From assembly GCA_051294905.1 (NCBI GenBank), contig CM119375.1, positions 26,660,001-26,724,000 of the forward strand: DNA of 64,000 nt, written 5' to 3'. The stretch is from Botryllus schlosseri (lineage: Eukaryota). The notes beneath the pieces are model-generated. The model saw nothing but the letters and a program-made list of their open reading frames with translations. It searched no databases and was not told where the DNA came from. Numbering within the stretch: the first letter of the stretch is position 1; each line of letters opens with the position of its first letter. This document shows positions 14,342-26,000 of the stretch, piece by piece. The position numbers were made by a program, and so were the translations under genes.

Positions 14342-15571
14342 ATTGAATAATATCTTCATATTCAAATAAACCCGAAAATATTCGGCGCAGGGGTATCCTA
14401 ATCGTCAGCAACTAGTAGAGAATTGGAAAGCATATTGCAGATCAGCAGTCGAAAATATTCTGGCTTTTATTGTAACATGAAAAGGCCTATGTTGTTCAAT
14501 TGTATATTGGAGTTCTCAAACATTGTTCCTGAATATCAATCTAAGTTCAACGAGTATCGGACTCGGGACGGTTCAAATTGAATATATACTGGAAGTATAG
14601 ATACAGTGTAGGATTCTTGATTTGAAAATGTTCACTCATATCTCGGCTGACTCGGCATCCCATGACATCCACAATTGTAAATATCGATCCGCAGCTGGCG
14701 CGCGGGTCCGCGCTATCCCGAACTCAATGGCTCGTGTCTGCACGTTTCCTCGGCTGTGTGCGCGCGGCGAACGTCGACAATTCCCAGAGCCGCTTTTCAG
14801 TAGCAGCCTACTGTATTTTCGCTGCAAATGTAGCCTGTAACGTTGCTCGTTTATCATCGTTCGCGAGTGCGCTGACTCGGATCGCGCACCCATTTCCAGT
14901 CAGTTTCCTTGTTATTTCGAAATAGCAATTTCGAGCGTAGCGTGTGCCGTTTGTGTGAAGTCTATGGTCAACAAGGATATGATATGTACGTCATTTCTGA
15001 GTCTATAGTTTTTTTCCGCCAAGCCGACCCGATTGACCCGGAAAGTTGCAGTATTTGAAAAACTCTTGGAGACACAGAACTTCGATATACTATACAGTTG
15101 ATACTAAATACTATACGACTATTGAACATTGATATACCAAGTTCTTTTGAACTCTCTACTAGTTGCTGACGATTGCCCCTGACGAATGTCAGCCGAAAAC
15201 ATTCGGGCTTATTGCAATATGAATATATTACTAGGGTTACCATATTTTGGAAATCTGAAAAGAGGACACATTTTCAAAATTTTCAGACTTGCAAAACCGG
15301 AGGAAAATCCTGAAAAAATGTAAATTTTTTTCCACATCGTAGTCAATTACCTGAAAAAAGGTCAACTTCCGGCCAAGCTCCGGAAATACCCGGCGGAGCG
15401 TTACTTCAGTGCTGATTTACTCTATCTATGTCGATTTTGCCATATATTTAACCAAATGTATCAAAATAGAGGACAGTTGGGCGTCCTCCGTGGACACTTT
15501 TTAAAAAGTCAAAAAATAGGACATATCATCTTAGAAGAGGACGTATATGGTAACCCTATATATTATCCAAT
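14342..15571. mobile_element. Long-inverted-arm element (family C) with two arms, a CpG-rich core of about 450 bp and a nested MITE
   Basis: Left arm attgaataatatcttcatattcaaataaacccgaa...cgtcagcaactagtagagaatt is mirrored in reverse at about 15060-15231 and 15559-15571. Nine-bp flanks ataaattcg / tcaaattct match at 6 of 9. Confidence 0.5.
15232..15558. mobile_element. hAT-type MITE with TAGGGTTACCATAT termini
   Basis: Perfect 14-bp TIR. TSD tatattac / tatattat (7/8). Inserted in the end of a family C arm. Confidence 0.85.
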
Positions 15572-18500
15572 TCAAATTCTGTTCCGCGACCCTTATCCTG
15601 ATGCTGCGTAGGTTTCACGAAATACGTAAATCTAAATTTGGCCAATGAAAGTTGTTGAAATCCGGTTCCATGCTTCCTTCCGCTGGGTAAGCCACTAGCC
15701 GTTTGTCCTGTCCCAAACAAGGACATGGTGTCGTCATACTGGGATTGCTATCGGTCGTCAAGAATCGCTTCATTCCGTGATCGCGATTTTCGAACCGCCG
15801 CCGTTGTGCGATTTTCAAATTCACGTATGTTTGATATTACAACTTTCGCTATACACCTGATTACCGAGTATCGTAACGACTGAGGTCAAAATGATGTGTC
15901 TTGTCCGTGACAACTTGCGATGTTGGCAATAAGCGAAATACGCGTGTATCGACGTATTCAGAAATTTGCAACACGGCGATTACCCTATGATTAGAGCCAG
16001 ACTTGTAAAGATATATCGGTATCGGTCATTAGAGGTAAAAAAATGTCAATTTCCGTGACGTCACGGCGTAGTGGTGGAGAGTCAGAGAACTATAATCTGC
16101 GCCCGCTTGGCTGGGCATACTGATCTATTTCTTATAGCTTGCTGGTGAACATCGCTTCTGTAGACAACCTAGCACTTTCAAATTTTGTTTCAACATATAA
16201 TATTTATTAAATAGAAACTTTCTTCTCCTGTAGCAATGCGGCTACTCGCTTGAATTTAACCAAATTTGGTGTGTAGGCTTAAATTAGGTAACCTAACAAT
16301 TTTACCAAGTAGCCAGTACAATTTGAGAAAAAAAAGTCATTTTTGAACACCCCTATAATGTTCATATGCAATGCTCTTTCCAATTCTCTACTGGTTGCTG
16401 GCGAGTGTCAGTTTGAAATTTGAATGTATTTTTCAATTGCATATTGAAGTTCTGTACCTTCAAAAGTGTGATCTGATCATAAATAGTCACCAAAAGATTC
16501 CTTTGTCAATCGCCGACACGACTTCTAAGGCGCCATCCCATTAAAACCTGCGGCGGGCTCTGCGGCCATGCAAATTTCACCACACCCTGCCGATTTAGCA
16601 AACGACTTCGCAACTCCGCACGTATCTATCCGGCTACAATTAGCCGTTTCAGTTTTGCCACGCAAGATTTCAATGTCAAGTCACAGCCTGTTTGTGTTGG
16701 AAACACGTAAAACACTTAGACTTGTCATATTTGTCTAATATATCTGACGGCTGTAAACATAGAGGCGGGCACGTTGAATGCGGCTGCGGTCGGTCGTTTT
16801 CAGTTATTACCGTGTTGTGTAATTCGCTGATGATTATCTGGCGTTGTGTGTACGCGATTATACGTTTCTGACGCTGATACGTTTTCGGAATGGGACTTAG
16901 AACCAACGATCCTGCATTTTAGTTGTTGAAGGCCGGGACGCATTGTCTGCGTTTGTTCAAAAAAACTTTATTCAAATTTTATAGTCTAGTCTAGTTGATT
17001 GAATTGTTAGATTGCGTAAAAAGACGCGGGCATCGCATTTGGCTGTCTTACAACCTGAGCGGAGCTGTTACACAAAAAATGGATTTATTTAAATTTGTTC
17101 CGTTGTCGAAACAAACGGCTTATAATAAAATTGATCAAGTCCGGGCCCGTAGAAGCGAAGTTTAAGCAACATTTAGCGAAATGTTAGAATTTCCAACCTT
17201 ATATCCAAATTTTTCCAAGCCAATAACCTCGTTTCTACGAGTTGGAATTGATCTGAATTTGTTTTGCATCGGTTTTTTAGACAATGTAACAATGTCATGG
17301 AATAGGCGCTAAAATTAGAAATAAAAATATATTTGTTTAAGCATATGCAAAATATTTTACTCTTGTACCTCCTAACCTAACAATTGTATCAAGTAGCAAG
17401 CACAATTACAAACAAGTTGTTTTAACAACCCTGCGCATTTGCGCATTCACATCAGGGGAAATTGTGCAATGTGCATTCATCATCAACGGGTGTGTTAGCC
17501 CACCTTCAAGTTTGACGGATCATGTCTATGTTTATTGTTTACCGATAGATGTGACATGTGACTCATCGCCGATTGCTGCTTTGTTCTGGTATGAGTAACG
17601 CGCATAACGCAGATAAGGCCGGTTGACATGGTCGCAGTCGGGAAATGTTGAGGATCTGAGCTGGTAATCTTGTTCCCGAGTCATTGGTTTTCTCCATCAT
17701 TGACATATCAAGATGATCTTTGCCTTGCAACGTTAGCTCGTGCTGGGAGCATTGGCGAACGCACCCTATCGCCTCTCGTAACTAACCACGACCTGGAGAC
17801 TTCTACAGTACAAACTACCGATCTAGTTCGTTTACGGTCAACTAACTCCTGGTTTTTTGAGTAGTTCTAGCTCTAGTTGCGCATTTTGAAAAGTGAGTAG
17901 TTCTAGTTGCGCGTTTGTAGAACTAGAAAACACGTGTCGTCATTTGACGGGAATCCTGATACCGATGTTCTGTTGTGTGATGTTCCTGCAGCCATTGCTA
18001 ACTCAAAGAGTAATCACTACTAACAATGACTTAGCCATGGGGTGGTTTTGGGGGTCGAAACTACGTCCTTCTAAAATTCCGATTCATTTTCTTGTATTTC
18101 TTTGCTCATCTGCATTTCAGTAATTCGCATTGTAAGTTATTAGCTAGTTGTTCGAAATGTCGTTAGTTCTAGTTGCTAGTTTTTGAAAAGTGAGTAGTTT
18201 TAGTTACGCATTTTGGAAATCCAATATACTTGTTACAAGTCTGCACTGCTCCAATGGTCGCGTTGAAAGGTTGTTATCTTCTGACTGCACTGGTGTAGTA
18301 TATATACAATTATATGTTGGATTTTGTTGGCTGGCTTGTCGTGGTGTGTAACGTTGACCCCGTACGATAACTGCAGGAATTCCAATTATCATACATGCCT
18401 TTGGAAGGCTTACGTGTTCTGAAAATGTTGGCACCATTTCGCATTCCCGACGCTGCCTTTTTTGTCGTTCCATGCAAATCGGGTTTCATATCACGGCCGA

Positions 18501-19394
18501 CGCGTGTGAATCGACGCCAACTTTGTGACCTCTGCTCATGCATTGTTCGCGATCAATTGGGCGCGGTATGCGCGAGGTCTGAGACGTCAAAGTTTCATTG
18601 TCATTTCACTGGCGATACTTCAAAGCGCTTACGTCGATACGAAATATTTGGCTGCGAGTTGAAATCCATTCTCTTAGTCTCTGAACAGGACATGACTGTG
18701 GTCGTAACCGAGCGATTGGTCCCATAGGTCGGTCTTGTGCTGTGGACTTGTGGTTATACTTGTACTATATCGGAATATGCTAGTACAGGGGTCACCAACT
18801 CAAAATGGGTCGTGGGCTACTTTTCAAATTTCGTAGACGCCACGCGCCGCATGAATTCAATATCGGGATAAAATAGGCCACATTGTTTAACAGCCACGTT
18901 TTTAAAACTGTACGTCCGCACAACGCTGTGCTGTTTAAGATAGGCGATGGACATAGTTACCACAAAATAAATACAAATGCAAAGATATCTTCTATTCTAT
19001 TTTGAACTATGAGCTGCGCACAGTACCCGGCAACACTTTTCAACAACTATAGAACCGAAATTGGGGTTAGCTAGTCGCGGTATTGTTGGAAAACTATCTC
19101 CTCGTAAAGCTCGATCGTGTGAATAAGCCCGATATCGTCAGTAATCGTTTGGTGTTAGTCACGACAAATACATCCTGCAATTTAGAAAGTACTCACTTAA
19201 GGAAAAATGTACCACTCGTGATATGCGGGTGTGAATCTACATCACGCTCCGGCTCACCCATTAAGAGTGTTTTCTTGTGGTGACGTCATGTTATTCGCAT
19301 CCACCACATCAAATCATCCCCGATTTATTTCGCCTATGATTTCGGCATGTTCTGGCCCGATGGCTGTTTCTGACGCCTTTTTTCACGTTTACAG

Positions 19395-19496
19395 ACTCGA
19401 ATCCGCATGGTTCATCATCGCCCTCGTCTCATAGATTGAAATCACCAGTGCAATACCACGACCAAGCCATGCGAATGAACTTTCTACACACTTCGG
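19395..19496 (+). CDS. RAR: 102-nt symmetric phase-1 exon, Ser/Pro-rich, isoform 1 exon 4 (not in the ORF track)
   Basis: CTGAC branch candidate, tract ttttttcacgtttacag|, consensus donor CGG|gtgagt. Open in phase 1-1: (D)SNPHGSSSPSSHRLKSPVQYHDQAMRMNFLHTS. Confidence 0.75.
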
Positions 19497-22400
19497 GTGA
19501 GTTGTCAATTTCTGAAGTGTCCCGTCTAGTCTGCACTGCCGGCCGGCGGCGAAATTAGTGATTTAACGACTGTCGCGTGGTGGCGCGGTGTATGGTAAGC
19601 ATAAGCAATGAATTTATATGGCAGGGTTATCGTTCACGAGCTTACCATGCCACACAGCAAAACTACGACTGAATAATATATTCACATTGAAAGGAACCCA
19701 AATGTTTACGGCTGTCAAGGGTAATCACCAGAAGCTAGAGAATTGAAAAGAGCATTGTATATTAACCAAAACAATCGTATCACAAAATATATACTATTCA
19801 AATTGTATATTGAAGTTCTGCTGGATCGAATCTTAATGACGCCCCATCACTTCGTAATCTTACCTACAAAATGAATCCCGTTGACTGCTGAATTGACGCT
19901 AAAGAATAGCTTTTACCACTAGACTGCTTATCGCGATCCGCGTCACACGTTAGTTGACGTAGTCAACTGAATAACTCTAGTACGGAAGAGCATTCGTGTG
20001 AAGTTACATTTTAAAAATCACCCTCGACGGATTCGCGGGTAGATTTGGCGCGCTTGCGTTTAAAAATGGACAATTTTGCGATATCCGTTGATTGTGAAAG
20101 GTTATCTCGAAAAAGGAAGCCGATACGCTCTTCAGCTCTTGCTATTGTTGGACTCGGTGCTGAGTTCAGGAGCGCGGTAAGCATGTTGCCGTTTGCGGTG
20201 GTAATAACTAATAAGACGTGCATATTTTTATTCATATTCATTCTCGCTTTCGTGAATATAAAATGGACATTGTGTTATCCATCGACTGTAAAATTTGTCT
20301 CTCTCTGCTGGTTATCCGCTATTGTTGTTTAACCGAGTATTCCGTACCCGAGCAATCTAACTTGTCTGTTAACAGCTCAGCCTAAAGCAGGTGCAGGTTA
20401 GGTGTGACTGGAGAATCACATTGTATAGTACTACAAACGAAAAAAAGCGGATTTTCCCGTCTTTCATTGTTAGTAATCCAGTCAGCCGCGCCTTACGGTA
20501 CCAACTTCAGCACTGCACGCCCTTACCAGCAAGAGAAATACACCCATTCATAGAATGACATTGCTGTCAAGGAGTGAACGATACTCATCATGGTCAAGGT
20601 CTTGTTGCGCTACGAAATAGTCATGGTCCGGAACTGCGAAATTATTTTGGATGACGCATGACTGTCACCATTTTTAGTGTGGTCGCGAAACAATACACAT
20701 ATTTGAACTTTGCATTATTACTCTGCACTTTGGGGGAGGCAAGCGTACCACCACAGTGTACGTGTACAGTGTAATATACTCTTAACAAACAATGTGTACC
20801 ATTTGCTGTCTTCGCGTTGCGTTTCACGACTGTGTTGAACATTTCACGTCGGGGAGTTGGAATATCTTGGGTTACAGCTCACTCGCTAGCGCTGCATCCT
20901 GTCTTGTCCGCTGAATTCTAGACCAGGAAGTTTTGTATTAGTCTCCTTGAATGGTTTTAGACGGATTCCAGCGAAATATGAAGCGGCGTTTTCTCTTATC
21001 GCCCTGGTAATTCCGGTTCCACGGGTTATATATTTGAATGACGTTCAGTGTCTCCTTAAGCGAATATACATTTGCTTGTCACTTATTTGCATATACAATA
21101 AATCTCGGTGTAGCATCGCAGTAGGATATATCTTTGCGCGTGTCAACGGCATGAGTTGGCCGACTACGGGAGCTTGCTGCCAGGACAGTGTTGTTGATAC
21201 TGAGTGAAGTTTTCTTAGTACAAGTAAGGTACAGAATAGTTCGTTAATTACTGCATTGTACCCATATTCACTATAGCTTACACCGATGCTAGAATTTGGC
21301 TAATGCCATAGTTCCTGCAAACCAGAAGACACCTTTCAGTTAGAAGTTAAAGCCAACTATATTTTTCCCGAGTGCATGTGGAATGTGGATGCAACGAGAA
21401 CGTCAATGAGGTTCTATACGCTTCGCCCGTTATTTGACCGAATAAAAATCTATTTGCTGAGCATCATATGAAAGTGGCTTTCTAAATTAGCTAATCAATG
21501 CCCGAATCCATTGTCTATGAGCTCTGAGAACGGATGGCGTATGTAAAGATTGAGGCCATACATCTTCATAAATAGATATGATGGCAGAACCGCATGCTAA
21601 GATATTGACATTGCTCAACTGGCGACCGTCACATCGTCAATAGATGACAGTAGAGAGCAGTAAATCTTCACGTATTCACAGCATGTTTTTGAGTGTTGAC
21701 TAGGAATTTCGCTAGGTATGTGTCGTTAGCTACAGCGAATAAATGTAATAGAGTACTACGCTGCACGGGAACACAATAGGCTTACGCTGGTCGAGTTTTC
21801 CTGATGTAATTAAATGTTTGCCACCGATTATAGCTTCGATAATTTAGGATAGCCACCTATAGCTTACGAAACATCTAGAAATTTGTTTCGCCAGGCGCCA
21901 GGTCGAACTTCGAATTACTTTTTATGCGTGCCCAGTGCCCACTGCTCAAACTAGATCAACAGCGCCATACTAGCGCTTTGATACCAAGTCGAGTCGTTGC
22001 TGTTATGGTAAGCGCAAGCGGGGCCTACGGCGCAAGGAATGATGGAAATCCCTCAGTACCCTGTGCACCGCGCAGGAATAGATACTCAAGATTTCGCTCT
22101 AGCGGTGTCTGAGGTGACTCATTACATTATTCACAACAGGAATATGATATTTCAAGCATAAAGTCAAGAAATCAACTCACTTTCGACTATGTTAGGCTCA
22201 TCTACGTTTTGTGTCGAAGGCACAATCTAGCTTTCATCGTGATCCAAAGAGTGACCGAAATTGAAATTCATGGAAAGGTCTGTTTCACAAATATGCCCAC
22301 GGTGCAGAGGTTCCCATACTTTGTGCCGCCGCAGATTATCAGGTGTGTCCCGTATCTTTTTCTTTAAAATAAGGCATACATAAAAACTGACACAGAAACA

Positions 22401-22691
22401 CATTAGACGATGAATGGATTCGAAAACTCTAAGTTTTTTCTTCGATGAAACCTCCAAAGAAAAGTATTTTCATTTTCTATTCTAGCTGAAACGTGGTGGG
22501 TGTTCTGTTTCATCCCGACTTGTTGATAATAATCTGAAAAAGGACCATCTGAAAATATCACTACAGCAACTACAAAAAACTACGGTCATAATATGATCAG
22601 TTCCCGTTGCGGAAACAAAGGTTTCGAATATAGTCGTTTAATCCTTCGCGCTCAGATTAATTCATAAACAAGACATTATTCCGCAAATTAT

Positions 22692-23012
22692 GAGCACATT
22701 GTTGAAGTCCAACGTTACTTCCCAGAATTTGCTGTAAACAACGTTAGATGAGTACTTAATTCGTCCGGAAGCAATATATCAAACAATCATTCTGCAGAAT
22801 AACAACGGCACATTGATTTATGAAACGACCCATTTTCAAACCCTCTATCCACACAATAAGTAGATGAGTTTTGGCTGTCTACTTCCGAATAAATAGTAGG
22901 TGACTTGACGGTTTAGTTTGCATTCGGTTGCATTCGAATGTCTATGGCAAAGGCGTGTTTCATCAGACTGACTAAATCAAATGAACGCAACCTCGCGGAT
23001 ATTGCATTGAGC
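22692..23012 (+). pseudogene. Fossil hAT (Charlie/Buster-type) transposase C-terminal fragment
   Basis: A single frame with stops reads EHIVEVQRYFPEFAVNNVR*VLNS...E*QRHIDL*ND...VDEFWLS...LTKSNERNLADIALS. This parallels the Buster-type C-terminus (RYFP, WVxNPF, LIELxND, EFW, RNRL..ALS). Confidence 0.6.
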
Positions 23013-26000
23013 TGATAATAATCTGTATTTCACGGATTATAATTCGTCATTTTTATCCTCACCCATTGCCTTAGTAGTTCCTAAAAATAGGGTATGATGA
23101 CTTCAAAGCGGATGACCGGAAATCCGCATGTGCCAAACACAATGCAGTTTTCAAAAATCCATCCGCTTCTACTTGATATGATAAGATGTCCGGTACCAAG
23201 CTCACAAAACCTTACTTTCAAACTATTTAATTCACAACGTGAGCACAATGTTGCATATTGCATAGCAATTGGCTTTGCACTGATCAGCGGTCAATCCGCA
23301 GTGCCTGTGCGTTGGCTTTGAGAGCCATCCGAAAGCTTAGAAATATTCGACTGATTTCATACCATGAAAGATGTGCATCATTGTGACGACGTGTTCATTT
23401 GTCGCATCGCTGCTTTCGCTCTGAACATTTCGCTTCCAAAATTATTTGTTCTGGCCAATCTCCGATCTTTGAGTGAGTAATTTTGAGATGATAACGCCGG
23501 ATGAAAAAAATCGTATGCAATATAGTTGACACCTGCACACCCTATACTCCAAACCCAGGGATATCTACATACGTAGCAGTGGTGGATAATAACGATATGC
23601 TTATAATTTTTACTCAAGTTGGTTTGGAGTACTTACACAGGTTCATATCATTTTATAGACTATTCCAATTTTACGCAAAGCTAGGACTGGAATACTTACT
23701 TTTCAAATTGAAGAGCTTCTTGGAGGTACAGAACTTCAATTTGCAATTGAATAGTATATTGACTTTTTTAAAAATTACGTTGAACCCGCTACGTCAATAC
23801 CAACGATGAATAGATTGGTCACCTCGGCTATCCAGATATGTCTGGCCAAAACCGATTGGCCATCTGTACACCGGTACCACGTGAAATTTCTGCAGCATGG
23901 AACGTAAGCGGCATTCCTCACGCTGCGTATACTTAGTAATTCAACGATGGTGTTGACTCGGCTCGTTTATGCGCAGTGAGTCAAATCTTTGAAACAACGC
24001 GAACTGACGAATAGCTCGGCGTCCGTGTAATATCTCATCCTATCCGGGATAATCATGGACTATGTTTGGAAATGATGCAACCCGGTCGGATTTCAGCCCC
24101 TTGCTCAGGACTCTGATACCTATTTTGCGAGTTGACTGTTTTCGGGAATCGAGCTAACGGAGGAACTGTTTTGCGCTTCCTTGATGCCACTACATGCTCC
24201 CAAATGATCAATCCATCTTTCCAGAAAAACATTCCTTTTTCTGGCTAGTCCGATGCTGAGCAGCAGGCCTACGTCCCATCAGCGTATTGGCCTGTATTTC
24301 ACGAAAGCACGATTCGTAATCGTAACTGGTTTACTATTTGGTCATCTGCCACTGTCAATGCAAAACTTATACGAACATTTGTATTTTTAAAATGCCCAAC
24401 TAGAACTGCTCAGCGTTCGTTTTTCAAAACTAGAACTAACTACTTTAAAAGTCCGAATTAAACTAACTAAAACACAGCTGGCTAGATTCAATTACGAATC
24501 ACGAACACGCATTACCGAATTGCAAATTCGCTAGGAAACATTGGATATAGAAACAGCATTTCTAAACGACGGGGTTTCAAGTTTGAAATGGAATTGTTTT
24601 CGACCCCAAACCCGCCGATTCTGTGCTAGCAATGGCTGCTAGAACATCAATCGACAGAACTCGCCAAAAGGCGACATGTTTTCCAGTTCGACAATTATTA
24701 AATTTTGAACTACTCACTTTTCATATTTCGCAACTAGAACTAGAGCTGGCACAAATACTAAACCAGTCGTTGGTTGAACGTGAACTGACCATTAGTAGTT
24801 TGAGCAAGTCTTAGCCAACAGCACATTGCAAAATTCCGCCACACTGCAAAATCTTGACTTGGCTACCTCGCATTTACTCACTGATCCCCGCAACGCGATT
24901 CGCCCAAATTTGATCATGTCGAATGAAATTTATTCCATAGCCGAAGCGGATACTGCGGTGGTAACCCTCTGTTTTCAATCAACATACGTTGCATATTTGA
25001 ATACCGATGTCATGGAGGACAGTCGCAAAAGCTGGCAATCGTTGGACTAATGCCGCGGCGGGGTGTTCAATTCAAGCTAGAACTTAACTAATGCCGTGGA
25101 ATTACAAGTGTGACGCATGTTGGCGTGTCACAATTCTATTAAGTGAGTTGTGTTTCAATCACTACACGATTTCGCGGAGCCGTTTCCTGTCAGAATTTGA
25201 TGTCTGATGACATACACGCCGCCAATATATATGGAAGCGGTACTGCATGACGGGCCGAGCAGATTTTGGCGACCGATTGCACCGTATTGATTGAATTTGC
25301 GTGAATGTGTGCCGTCTTGATTTAGAACATTACATTTTGCTAAAATAACGTGGCGTGTTCGAGGTGCAGTATGTTTACCAGGCAAGCAAGTAATTGATCG
25401 TCATGCTGAGTTTTCATAACTGGGCGTGTTTTGGGGTAAAAACACGTGATGCATTTCACAGAATCGCGTTGCTCGTTAATAGTTTGCCATGAGATTCGGA
25501 AGAGTCACAGTTCCTAAGAATGACTTCATAGGGAATGCTCAGTTGGTTATGAAACCTGGTGGCGTGTAAAACCTAGACATCGTTGCAAATTATAAATGGA
25601 ATCTGGACATAGTTCTCATTTCCATTTCGGCAAGCTGATGCATCAGAACGCACGGAAATCGTACTGCATATATGTTGATCGGCTGGGTGTACAATGTACA
25701 TGCGTTGATTATCTTGAGGCGCTACTGTAGCTACTGTAAAATTTGTTAATCCGAGCTAATCTTCTGTAAAATTCCAAAGGCCTATAGGCTTCCCGTGCGA
25801 AATTTGTAGGACGCTGTACGTAGACTAATTCGCTAATCGTACCAATTCCGACGTTATAGAGTTGAAGAAATATGCAGTACTGCAAACTACGGATACCATG
25901 TGCTGGTGTCGTATACCCTGAATCGAATCCCTGAGAAATGTATCCTTCGTTAGCTGCGGTGCGGCGGTAGGGTAAGAGGATCATATGAGCGTAAGAATAC

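Noticed and set aside
16530-16621. Protein-like frame AIPLKPAAGSAAMQISPHPADLANDFATPH
   Set aside because: Needs a rare AAG acceptor directly after an in-frame stop, and the only plausible donor is phase 0, incompatible with the exon chain.
21380-21560. piggyBac-like snippet RFYTLRPLFDRI
   Set aside because: Flanking piggyBac motifs are absent in all frames.
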